Positions 13,301 through 26,109 of a stretch of DNA of 64,000 bases are shown piece by piece. The DNA lies in contig OZ024759.1 in the NCBI GenBank assembly GCA_964016885.1, forward strand, positions 5,084,001-5,148,000, read 5' to 3'. Position 1 is the first letter of the stretch. Each line of letters opens with the position of its first letter. The notes under the pieces were generated by a model. That model was given only the letters and a program-made list of their open reading frames with translations, did no database searches and had not been told where the DNA came from. Both the position numbers and the translations under genes were made by a program. The stretch comes from Eledone cirrhosa. Lineage: Eukaryota.

Positions 13301-16300
13301 CCTTATAACCAGGACCACACCATCTACTGTAACACACATGTCTGATAGCTGCTACCTTATAACCAGGACCACACCATCTACTGTAACACACCTGTCTGAC
13401 AGCTGCTACCATATAACCAGGACCACACCATCTACTGTAACACACCTGTCTGATAGATGATACCTTATAACCAGGACCACACCATCTACTGTAACACACC
13501 TGTCTGACAGGTGCTACCTTATAACCAGGACCACACCTTCTACTGTAACACACCTGTCTGACAGGTGCTACCTTATAACCAGGACCACACCATCTACTGT
13601 AACACACCTATCTGACAGGTGCTACCTTATAACCAGGACCACACCTTCTACTGTAACACACCTGTCTGACAGGTGCTACCTTATAACCAGGACCACACCA
13701 TCTTCTGTAACACACCTGTCTGACAGCTGCTACCATATAACCAGGACCACACCATCTACTGTAACACACCTGTCTGATAGCTCCTACCTTATAACCAGGA
13801 CCACACTATCTACTGTAACACACTTGTCTGACAGGTGCTACCTTATAACCAGGACCACACCATCTACTGTAACACACCTGTCTGATAGATGATACCTTAT
13901 AACCAGGACCACACCATCTACTGGAACACACCTGTCTGACAGGTGCTACCTTATAACCAGGACCACACCATCTACTGTAACACACCTGTCTGATAGATGA
14001 TACCTTATAACCAGGACCACACCATCTACTGTAACACACATGTCTGACAGGTGCTACCTTATAACCAGGACCACATCATCTACTGTAACACACCTGTCTG
14101 ATAGATGATACCTTATAAACAGGACCACACCATCTACTGTAACACACCTGTCTGACAGGTGCTACCTTATAACCAGGATCACACCATCTACTGTAACACA
14201 CCTGTCTGACAGCTGCTACCATATAACCAGTACCACACCATCTACTGGAACACACGTGTCTGACAGGTGCTACCTTATAACCAGGACCACACCATCTACT
14301 GTAACACACCTGTCTGACAGCTGCTACCTTATAACCAGGACCACACCATCTACTGGAACACACCTGTCTGACAGGTGCTACCTTATAACCAGGACCACAC
14401 CATCTACTGTAACACACCTGTCTGATAGATGATACCTTATAACCAGGACCATACCATCTACTGGAACACACCTGTCTGACAGGTGCTACCTTATAACCAG
14501 GACCACACCATCTACTGTAACACACCTGTCTGATAGATGATACCTTATAACCAGGACCACACCATCTACTGTAACACACATGTCTGATAGCTGCTACCAT
14601 ATAACCAGGACCACACCATCTACTGTAACACACCTGTCTGATAGATGATACCTTATAACCAGGACCACACCATCTACTGTAACACACCTGTCTGACAGCT
14701 CCTACCTTATAACCAGGACCACACTATCTACTGTAACACACTTGTCTGATAGCTGCTACCTTATAACCAGGACCACACCATCTACTGTAACACACCTGTC
14801 TGACAGGTGATACCTTATAACCAGGACCACACCATCTACTGTAACACACCTGTCTGACAGCTGCTACCTTATAACCAGGACCACACCATCTACTGTAACA
14901 CACCTGTCTGACAGCTGCTACCTTATAACCAGGACCACACCATCTACTGTAACACACCTGTCTGACAGGTGCTACCTTATAACCAGGACCACACCATCTA
15001 CTGTAACACACCTGTCTGACAGGTGCTAACTTATAACCAGGACCACACCATCTACTGTAACACACTTATCTGACAGGTGCTACCTATTAACCAGGACCAC
15101 ACCATCTACTGTAACACACCTGTCTGACAGGTGCTACCTTATAACCAGGACCACACCATCTACTGTAACACACCTGTCTGATAGATGATACCTTATAACC
15201 AGGACCACACCATCTACTGTAACACACATGTCTGACAGGTGCTACCTTATAACCAGGACCACATCATCTACTGTAACACACCTGTCTGATAGATGATACC
15301 TTATAAACAGGACCACACCATCTACTGTAACACACCTGTCTGACAGGTGCTACCATATAACCAGGATCACACCATCTACTGTAACACACCTGTCTGACAG
15401 CTGCTACCATATAACCAGTACCACACCATCTACTGGAACACACGTGTCTGACAGGTGCTACCTTATAACCAGGACCACACCATCTACTGTAACACACCTG
15501 TCTGACAGCTGCTACCTTATAACCAGGACCACACCATCTACTGGAACACACCTGTCTGACAGGTGCTACCTTATAACCAGGACCACACCATCTACTGTAA
15601 CACACCTGTCTGATAGATGATACCTTATAACCAGGACCACACCATCTACTGGAACACACCTGTCTGACAGGTGCTACCTTATAACCAGGACCACACCATC
15701 TACTGTAACACACCTGTCTGACAGGTGCTACCTTATAACCAGGACCACACCATCTACTGTAACACACCTGTCTGACAGGTGCTACCTTATAACCAGGACC
15801 ACACCATCTACTGTAACACACATGTCTGATAGCTGCTACCTTATAACCAGGACCACACCATCTACTGTAACACACCTGTCTGACAGCTGCTACCATATAA
15901 CCAGGACCACACCATCTACTGTAACACACCTGTCTGACAGGTGCTACCTTATAACCAGGACCACACCTTCTACTGTAACACACCTGTCTGACAGGTGCTA
16001 CCTTATAACCAGGACCACACCATCTACTGTAACACACCTATCTGACAGGTGCTACCTTATAACCAGGACCACACCTTCTACTGTAACACACCTGTCTGAC
16101 AGGTGCTACCTTATAACCAGGACCACACCATCTTCTGTAACACACCTGTCTGACAGCTGCTACCATATAACCAGGACCACACCATCTACTGTAACACACC
16201 TGTCTGATAGCTCCTACCTTATAACCAGGACCACACTATCTACTGTAACACACTTGTCTGACAGGTGCTACCTTATAACCAGGACCACACCATCTACTGT

Positions 16301-19300
16301 AACACACCTGTCTGATAGATGATACCTTATAACCAGGACCACACCATCTACTGGAACACACCTGTCTGACAGGTGCTACCTTATAACCAGGACCACACCA
16401 TCTACTGTAACACACCTGTCTGATAGATGATACCTTATAACCAGGACCACACCATCTACTGGAACACACCTGTCTGACAGGTGCTACCTTATAACCAGGA
16501 CTACACCATCTACTGTAACACACCTGTCTGATAGATGATACCTTATAACCAGGACCACACCATCTACTGTAACACACATGTCTGACAGGTGCTACCTTAT
16601 AACCAGGACCACATCATCTACTGTAACACACCTGTCTGATAGATGATACCTTATAAACAGGACCACACCATCTACTGTAACACACCTGTCTGACAGGTGC
16701 TACCTTATAACCAGGATCACACCATCTACTGTAACACACCTGTCTGACAGCTGCTACCATGTAACCAGTACCACACCATCTACTGGAACACACGTGTCTG
16801 ACAGGTGCTACCTTATAACCAGGACCACACCATCTACTGTAACACACCTGTCTGACAGCTGCTACCTTATAACCAGGACCACACCATCTACTGGAACACA
16901 CCTGTCTGACAGGTGCTACCTTATAACCAGGACCACACCATCTACTGTAACACACCTGTCTGATAGATGATACCTTATAACCAGGAGCACACCATCTACT
17001 GGAAGACACCTGTCTGACAGGTGCTACCTTATAACCAGGACCACACCATCTACTGTAACACACCTGTCTGATAGATGATACCTTATAACCAGGACCACAC
17101 CATCTACTGTAACACACATGTCTGATAGCTGCTGCCATATAACCAGGACCACACCATCTACTGTAACACACCTGTCTGATAGATGATACCTTATAACCAG
17201 GACCACACCATCTACTGTAACACACCTGTCTGACAGGTGCTACCTTATAACCAGGACCACACCATCTACTGTAACACACCTGTCTGACAGGTGCTACCTT
17301 ATAACCAGGACCACACCTTCTACTGTAACACACCTGTCTGACAGGTGCTACCTTATAACCAGGACCACACCATCTACTGTAACACACCTGTCTGACAGGT
17401 GCTACCTTATAACCAGGACCACACCTTCTACTGTAACACACCTGTCTGACAGGTGCTACCTTATAACCAGGACCACACCATCTACTGTAACACACCTGTC
17501 TGACAGGTGCTACCTTATAACCAGGACCACACCATCTACTGTAACACACATGTCTGATAGCTGCTACCTTATAACCAGGACCACACCATCTACTGTAACA
17601 CACCTGTCTGACAGCTGCTACCATATAACCAGGACCACACCATCTACTGTAACACACCTGTCTGATAGATGATACCTTATAACCAGGACCACACCATCTA
17701 CTGTAACACACCTGTCTGACAGGTGCTACCTTATAACCAGGACCACACCTTCTACTGTAACACACCTGTCTGACAGGTGCTACCTTATAACCAGGACCAC
17801 ACCATCTACTGTAACACACCTATCTGACAAGTGCTACCTTATAACCAGGACCACACCTTCTACTGTAACACACCTGTCTGACAGGTGCTACCTTATAACC
17901 AGGACCACACCATCTTCTGTAACACACCTGTCTGACAGCTGCTACCATATAACCAGGACCACACCATCTACTGTAACACACCTGTCTGATAGCTCCTACC
18001 TTATAACCAGGACCACACTATCTACTGTAACACACTTGTCTGACAGGTGCTACCTTATAACCAGGACCACACCATCTACTGTAACACACCTGTCTGATCG
18101 ATGATACCTTATAACCAGGACCACACCATCTACTGGAACACACCTGTCTGACAGGTGCTACCTTATAACCAGGACCACACCATCTACTGTAACACACCTG
18201 TCTGATAGATGATACCTTATAACCAGGACCACACCATCTACTGTAACACACATGTCTGACAGGTGCTACCTTATAACCAGGACCACATCATCTACTGTAA
18301 CACACCTGTCTGATAGATGATACCTTATAAACAGGACCACACCATCTACTGTAACACACCTGTCTGACAGGTGCTACCTTATAACCAGGATCACACCATC
18401 TACTGTAACACACCTGTCTGACAGCTGCTACCATGTAACCAGTACCACACCATCTACTGGAACACACGTGTCTGACAGGTGCTACCTTATAACCAGGACC
18501 ACACCATCTACTGTAACACACCTGTCTGACAGCTGCTACCTTATAACCAGGACCACACCATCTACTGGAACACACCTGTCTGACAGGTGCTACCTTATAA
18601 CCAGGACCACACCATCTACTGTAACACACCTGTCTGATAGATGATACCTTATAACCAGGAGCACACCATCTACTGGAAGACACCTGTCTGACAGGTGCTA
18701 CCTTATAACCAGGACCACACCATCTACTGTAACACACCTGTCTGATAGATGATACCTTATAACCAGGACCACACCATCTACTGTAACACACATGTCTGAT
18801 AGCTGCTGCCATATAACCAGGACCACACCATCTACTGTAACACACCTGTCTGATAGATGATACCTTATAACCAGGACCACACCATCTACTGTAACACACC
18901 TGTCTGACAGGTGCTACCTTATAACCAGGACCACACCATCTACTGTAACACACCTGTCTGACAGGTGCTACCTTATAACCAGGACCACACCTTCTACTGT
19001 AACACACCTGTCTGACAGGTGCTACCTTATAACCAGGACCACACCATCTACTGTAACACACCTGTCTGACAGGTGCTACCTTATAACCAGGACCACACCT
19101 TCTACTGTAACACACCTGTCTGACAGGTGCTACCTTATAACCAGGACCACACCATCTACTGTAACACACCTGTCTGACAGGTGCTACCTTATAACCAGGA
19201 CCACACCATCTACTGTAACACACATGTCTGATAGCTGCTACCTTATAACCAGGACCACACCATCTACTGTAACACACCTGTCTGACAGCTGCTACCATAT

Positions 19301-22090
19301 AACCAGGACCACACCATCTACTGTAACACACCTGTCTGATAGATGATACCTTATAACCAGGACCACACCATCTACTGTAACACACCTGTCTGACAGGTGC
19401 TACCTTATAACCAGGACCACACCTTCTACTGTAACACACCTGTCTGACAGGTGCTACCTTATAACCAGGACCACACCATCTACTGTAACACACCTATCTG
19501 ACAGGTGCTACCTTATAACCAGGACCACACCTTCTACTGTAACACACCTGTCTGACAGGTGCTACCTTATAACCAGGACCACACCATCTTCTGTAACACA
19601 CCTGTCTGACAGCTGCTACCATATAACCAGGACCACACCATCTACTGTAACACACCTGTCTGATAGCTCCTACCTTATAACCAGGACCACACTATCTACT
19701 GTAACACACTTGTCTGACAGGTGCTACCTTATAACCAGGACCACACCATCTACTGTAACACACCTGTCTGATAGATGATACCTTATAACCAGGACCACAC
19801 CATCTACTGGAACACACCTGTCTGACAGGTGCTACCTTATAACCAGGACCACACCATCTACTGTAACACACCTGTCTGATAGATGATACCTTATAACCAG
19901 GACCACACCATCTACTGTAACACACATGTCTGACAGGTGCTACCTTATAACCAGGACCACATCATCTACTGTAACACACCTGTCTGATAGATGATACCTT
20001 ATAAACAGGACCACACCATCTACTGTAACACACCTGTCTGACAGGTGCTACCTTATAACCAGGATCACACCATCTACTGTAACACACCTGTCTGACAGCT
20101 GCTACCATATAACCAGTACCACACCATCTACTGGAACACACGTGTCTGACAGGTGCTACCTTATAACCAGGACCACACCATCTACTGTAACACACCTGTC
20201 TGACAGCTGCTACCTTATAACCAGGACCACACCATCTACTGGAACACACCTGTCTGACAGGTGCTACCTTATAACCAGGACCACACCATCTACTGTAACA
20301 CACCTGTCTGATAGATGATACCTTATAACCAGGACCATACCATCTACTGGAACACACCTGTCTGACAGGTGCTACCTTATAACCAGGACCACACCATCTA
20401 CTGTAACACACCTGTCTGATAGATGATACCTTATAACCAGGACCACACCATCTACTGTAACACACATGTCTGATAGCTGCTACCATATAACCAGGACCAC
20501 ACCATCTACTGTAACACACCTGTCTGATAGATGATACCTTATAACCAGGACCACACCATCTACTGTAACACACCTGTCTGACAGCTCCTACCTTATAACC
20601 AGGACCACACTATCTACTGTAACACACTTGTCTGATAGCTGCTACCTTATAACCAGGACCACACCATCTACTGTAACACACCTGTCTGACAGGTGATACC
20701 TTATAACCAGGACCACACCATCTACTGTAACACACCTGTCTGACAGCTGCTACCTTATAACCAGGACCACACCATCTACTGTAACACACCTGTCTGACAG
20801 CTGCTACCTTATAACCAGGACCACACCATCTACTGTAACACACCTGTCTGACAGGTGCTACCTTATAACCAGGACCACACCATCTACTGTAACACACCTG
20901 TCTGACAGGTGCTAACTTATAACCAGGACCACACCATCTACTGTAACACACTTATCTGACAGGTGCTACCTATTAACCAGGACCACACCATCTACTGTAA
21001 CACACCTGTCTGACAGGTGCTACCTTATAACCAGGACCACACCATCTACTGTAACACACCTGTCTGATAGACGATACCTTATAACCAGGACCACACCATC
21101 TACTGTAACACACCTGTCTGACAGGTGCTACCTTATAACCAGGACCACACCATCTACTGTAACACACCTGTCTGACAGCTGCTACCTTATAACGAGGACC
21201 ACACCATCTACTGTAACACACCTCTCTGACAGGTGCTACCATATAACCAGGACCACACCATCTACTGTAACACACCTGTCTGATAGATGATAACTTATAA
21301 CCAGGACCACACCATCTACTGTAACACACCTGTCTGATAGATGATACCTTATAACCAGGACCACACCATCTACTGTAACACACCTGTCTGACAGGTGCTA
21401 CCTTATAACCAGGACCACACCATCTACTGTAACACACCTGTCTGATAGATGATACCTTATAACCAGGACCACACCATCTACTGTAACACACCTGTCTGAT
21501 AGATGATACCTTATAACCAGGACCACACCATCTACTGTAACACACCTGTCTGATAGATGATACCCTATAACCAGGACCACACCATCTACTGTAACACACC
21601 TGTCTGACAGGTGCTACCTTATAACCAGGACCACACCATCTACTGTAACACACCTGTCTGATAGATGATACCTTATAACCAGGACCACACCATCTACTGG
21701 AACACACCTGTCTCACAGGTGCTACCTTATAACCAGGACCACACCATCTACTGTAACACACCTGTCTGACAGGTGCTACCTTATAACCAGGACCACACCA
21801 TCTACTGTAACACACCTGTCTGACAGGTGCTACCTTATAACCAGGATCACACCATCTACTGTAACACACCTGTCTGACAGGTGCTACCTTATAACCAGGA
21901 CCACACCATCTACTGTAACACACCTGTCTGATAGATGATACCTTATAACCAGGACCACACCATCTACTGTAACACACCTGTCTGACAGGTGCTACCTTAT
22001 AACCAGGACCACACCATCTACTGTAACATACCTGTCTGATAGATGATACCTTATAACCAGGAACACACCTTCCACTGGAACACACACCTG
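7340..22090. repeat. 54-bp minisatellite, about 270 copies, exon-derived, with higher-order structure
   Basis: Unit cctgtctgacaggtgctaccttataaccaggaccacaccatctactgtaacaca. Variant patterns recur at 1674 bp (31 units) and 5886 bp (109 units). Confidence 0.98.
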
Positions 22091-22150
22091 TCTCTGTGTT
22101 ACACCTACTATCATCTTGACTAAATATATTAAGTAACAAACAAAGCTTAC

Positions 22151-22288
22151 CTGTCTGACAGTTGCTACTTTCATAACCAGCAGTACATCCTCCTCTAGAA
22201 CACACACCTGTCTGTTTGTTACATTTACTGTTGTCAGCACAGTAACATGTGTTGCCACAGTTGGCTCCAAATTTTCCATTTCTACAGA
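22151..22288 (-). CDS. EGF-like exon (138 bp)
   Basis: ttccacag|..CRNGKFGANCGNTCYCADNSKCNKQTGVCSRGGCTAGYESSNCQT G|gtaagc. Confidence 0.85.
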
Positions 22289-22564
22289 CTGTGGAAATAA
22301 AAATATGAGAACAATAACAATAACAACAACATATAACACTATACAAGATAATGCTTCTGATTTAGGCACAAGGCCAGCAATTTTAGGGGAGGAGAAAATC
22401 AATTAAATCGACCCCAGTGTGTGACTGGTACTTCATTTTATCAACCCTGTTGGGATGAAAGGGATAGCTACCACAATTCTATCATCTATATTATAGCGTT
22501 GTCATCTATACTATATCTATATCATCTGTACTATATTTGTATCATCTTAATTTCCATGTTTCTA

Positions 22565-23012
22565 ACACCCATGTATATGCCTACAAAGTCAGAAAACAGC
22601 ACAGCTCCCATGACTTTCGGAAACATTTTTTCAAGCTCAGAGTTGCTGAAGCATGGAACAAACTACCTGCATCAGTTGTTAGCTGTCGAGACACATCCTT
22701 TACAACCGCCATGGAACAAACTAATTGCATCAGTTGTTAGCTGTCGAGACACTACATCCTTTAAAACCTCCATGGAACAAACTACCTGCATCAGTTGTTA
22801 GCTGTCGAGACACTACATCCTTTAAAACCTCTATGCTTCCTGAGATTCGTCAACACTGCACCTGATGTCCCCCCTTCCATACACACGCACACATGTATTT
22901 CATGACTCTAACACTGTTCCTTTTCCTGACATTTAAACATTATTCTATGTACTATACATGCACCTTTGATGAGTTGTAGTGCACCTGAGCACTGTACACA
23001 ATAATTTCATTA
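22565..23012 (+). mobile_element. CR1/L2-type LINE 3' fragment with internal duplication (related pieces at about 5220-5350 and 6340-6525)
   Basis: RKHFFKLRVAEAWNKLPASVVS resembles a CR1 ORF2 C-terminus; shared 3' UTR. Confidence 0.7.
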
Positions 23013-23191
23013 TTATATTATTTTATACTCCAGTGGTATGACCTAAACTATATATAATCCATACTATATCTATACAATCTATATGATTTCCGTAACATCG
23101 ATATTATGTCTATATACTTGCCGATTCTCTACACTCCATACCAATGTTATACTATATATTCATGAGGCTATGATATCCCCTTTATATTGTA

Positions 23192-23528
23192 AGCACATAG
23201 CTTAGTAGTTAGAGCATTGGCCTTGCAATCGAAAGGTTGTGAGTTCAATTCTCAGACCGGGTGATGTGTTGTTTCCTTGAGCGGGACACTTTATTTCCCA
23301 TTGCTCCAGTTTACTCAGTTGTAGAAATGAGATGATAGGGACTGGGGTCCATATCATTCCACTGCAAAGTGGTCCTGGAGGTGCCACGGCAAAAAACACC
23401 CAATACTCACTGTAAATGAGGTTGGTGTTAGGAAGGGCATCCAGCTGTAGAAATCAAGCCAGAATCAGTTTCCGTCCCACCCTTGTAAGCAGGGAAATGC
23501 AGACGTAAAATGATGATGATGATGATTG
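23192..23528 (+). mobile_element. tRNA-derived SINE, family A (also 34390-34720 +, 35545-35877 -, 52270-52435 +; related heads near 6010, 28405, 53090, 61215, 63568)
   Basis: A box (tagtggttagagc), B-box-like gagttcaattc, core ccttgagcaagacactttatttcacattgctccag and (GAT)n tail. Confidence 0.8.
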
Positions 23529-23703
23529 TAGCTCCAAAACAGTTTAAATCTACCTGTCTCACAGGTGTTACCTTCATAACCAGCACTACACCCTCCACTA
23601 AAACACACACCTGTCTCTGTGTTACACTTAGCTGTGTGTTACACCTACTGTCATCTTGACTCAATATATCATGTTAGAAACAAAGCTATACTACACCACT
23701 TAC

Positions 23704-23841
23704 CTGTCTGACAGTTGCTACCTTCATAACCAGCAGTACATCCTCCACTAGAACACACACCTGTCTGTTTGTAACACCTGTTATTATCAGCACAGTGGCA
23801 TGTGTGTTTACAGTTAGCTCCAAATTTACCAATGTCACAGG
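23704..23841 (-). CDS. EGF-like exon (138 bp)
   Basis: attacag|..CDIGKFGANCKHTCHCADNNRCYKQTGVCSSGGCTAGYEGSNCQT G|gtaagt. Confidence 0.85.
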
Positions 23842-24111
23842 CTGTAATATGAAATGTAATGTAAACAGTTTGAACAATTTCAAGATATAATATTTAGAAT
23901 TATTAACCTTTTTGATATCAAAATACCTGACACCGATTAACTGTTTTACTCTATATATTTATCTAAAAACCTCCCACTATAGTGTTATGTAAGAACTTTT
24001 GTTAAGTTATGTTCCATCCAAAATATTAGTGATGAAAATCTCAGTTATATAACTATAGCCCTTCAAATTCTTCATTATATAAAAATTTGTTTAAATTTGT
24101 ATGCAATATAT

Positions 24112-24722
24112 TTCTTTAGTAATATGGTAATGAAAGGATTAATGACATAGACAGTGTCTTTAAGTAGAAATATGGTAATGAAAGGGTTAATGATATAGAC
24201 AGTGTCTTTAAGTAGAAATATGTAATGAAAGGGTTAATGACATAGACAGTGTCTTTAAGTAGAGATATGGTAATGAAAGGGTTAATGACATAGACAGTGT
24301 CTTTAAGTAGAAATATGGTAATGAAAGGGTTAATGACATAGACAGTGTCTTTAAGTAGAGATATGTAATGAAAGGGTTAATGACATAGACAGTGTCTTTA
24401 AGTAGAAATATGGTAATGAAAGGGTTAATGACATAGACAGTGTCTTTAAGTAGAGATATGTAATGAAAGGGTTAATGACATAGACAGTGTCTTTAAGTAG
24501 AAATATGGTAATGAAAGGGTTAATGATATAGACAGTGTCTTTAAGTAGAGATATGTAATGAAAGGGTTAATGACATAGACAGTGTCTTTAAGTAGAAATA
24601 TGGTAATGAAAGGGTTAATGACATAGACAGTGTCTTTAAGTAGAGATATGTAATGAAAGGGTTAATGACATAGACAGTGTCTTTAAGTAGAAACTTGGTA
24701 ATGAAAGGTTTAATGACATAGA
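24112..24722. repeat. 47/48-bp minisatellite, array 1
   Basis: Unit gacatagacagtgtctttaagtagaaatatggtaatgaaagggttaat. Confidence 0.95.
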
Positions 24723-25080
24723 GTCTATGTCATTAAGCCTTAATCCAAATATTCAATTACTTTGAAGCAAGAAACAAATGCAAATATCCGACTAACTTGA
24801 ATTTTCCATCGGATTTTAAAATTATTTTACGTATTTTTGCTATATTAGTTTTTTTAACTTAATATTATTATTTTTCTATTGTATTTCTTTATAATTATGT
24901 GAATACAAAAATATTTTATATTGTAACTTTTTATGTTAAATAATAAATGACTATAAAACTATACAAAAACTATAATAATTTCACAAAAGTCGCATTCATA
25001 GGTATATCAACTTATGCGACCTCCTTTATTACTGCCTAATTTAAATGTGGCCTCTAATGGTAAAAAGGTTCCTCTCCTCT

Positions 25081-25850
25081 GACATAGACAGTATCTTTCA
25101 TTAGAAATATGGTAATGAAAGGGTTAATGACATAGACAGTGTCTTTTATTAGAAATGTGGTAATGAAAGGGTTAATGACATAGACAGTGTCTTTTATTAG
25201 AAATGTGGTAATGAAAGGGTTAATGACATAGACAGTGTCTTTTATTAGAAATGTGGTAATGAAAGGGTTAATGACATAGACAGTGTCTTTTATTAGAAAT
25301 GTGGTAATGAAAGGGTTAATGACATAAACAGTGTCTTTCATTAGAAATATGGTAATGAAAGGGTTAATGACATAGACAGTGTCTTTTATTAGAAATGTGG
25401 TAATGAAAGGGTTAATGACATAGACAGTGTCTTTCATTAGAAATGTGGTAATGAAAGGGTTAATGACATAGACAGTGTCTTTTATTAGAAATGTGGTAAT
25501 GAAAGGGTTAATGACATAGACAGTGTCTTTCATTAGAAATATGGTAATGAAAGGGTTAATGACATAGACAGTGTCTTTCATTAGAAATGTGGTAATGAAA
25601 GGGTTAATGACATAGACAGTGTCTTTTATTAGAAATGTGGTAATGAAAGGGTTAATGACATAGACAGTGTCTTTCATTAGAAATATGGTAATGAAAGGGT
25701 TAATGACATAGACAGTGTCTTTCATTAGAAATGTGGTAATGAAAGGGTTAATGACATAGACAGTGTCTTTTATTAGAAATGTGGTAATGAAAGGGTTAAT
25801 GACATAGACAATGTCTTTCATTAGAAATATGGTAATGAAAGGGTTAATTA
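25081..25850. repeat. 48-bp minisatellite, array 2 (about 16 copies)
   Basis: Unit gacatagacagtgtctttcattagaaatatggtaatgaaagggttaat; abuts the donor of exon 25864-26001. Confidence 0.95.
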
Positions 25851-25863
25851 CTACACCATATAC

Positions 25864-26001
25864 CTGTCTGACAGTTGCTACCTTCATAACCAGCAGCACA
25901 TCCTCCACTAGAACACACACCTGTCTGTTTGTTACATTTACTGTTGTCAGCACAGTGACATGTGTTGCCACAGTTGGCTCCAAATTTACCTGATTTACAG
26001 A
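25864..26001 (-). CDS. EGF-like exon (138 bp), weaker GTATAT donor
   Basis: tttccag|..CKSGKFGANCGNTCHCADNSKCNKQTGVCSSGGCAAGYEGSNCQT G|gtatat. Confidence 0.8.
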
Positions 26002-26109
26002 CTGGAAATAAAATATGAGAACAATGACAATTATAACAACATTTACACTATACAAGATAATAAATATCACAATATTATATTATCTATATCATAATGTTGT
26101 CATCTATAC

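Noticed and set aside
7326-20951. Series of 77-401 aa Cys-rich ORFs as independent genes
   Set aside because: They are translations of a 54-bp (3n) unit broken by variant stops, and start at non-ATG (GTG) codons.
7340-22090. CRISPR-like array
   Set aside because: Units are contiguous with no unique spacers, there are no cas genes, and the context is a eukaryotic intron.
23200-23270. tRNA genes at SINE heads
   Set aside because: A/B boxes run into shared SINE bodies and tails; no convincing cloverleaf.
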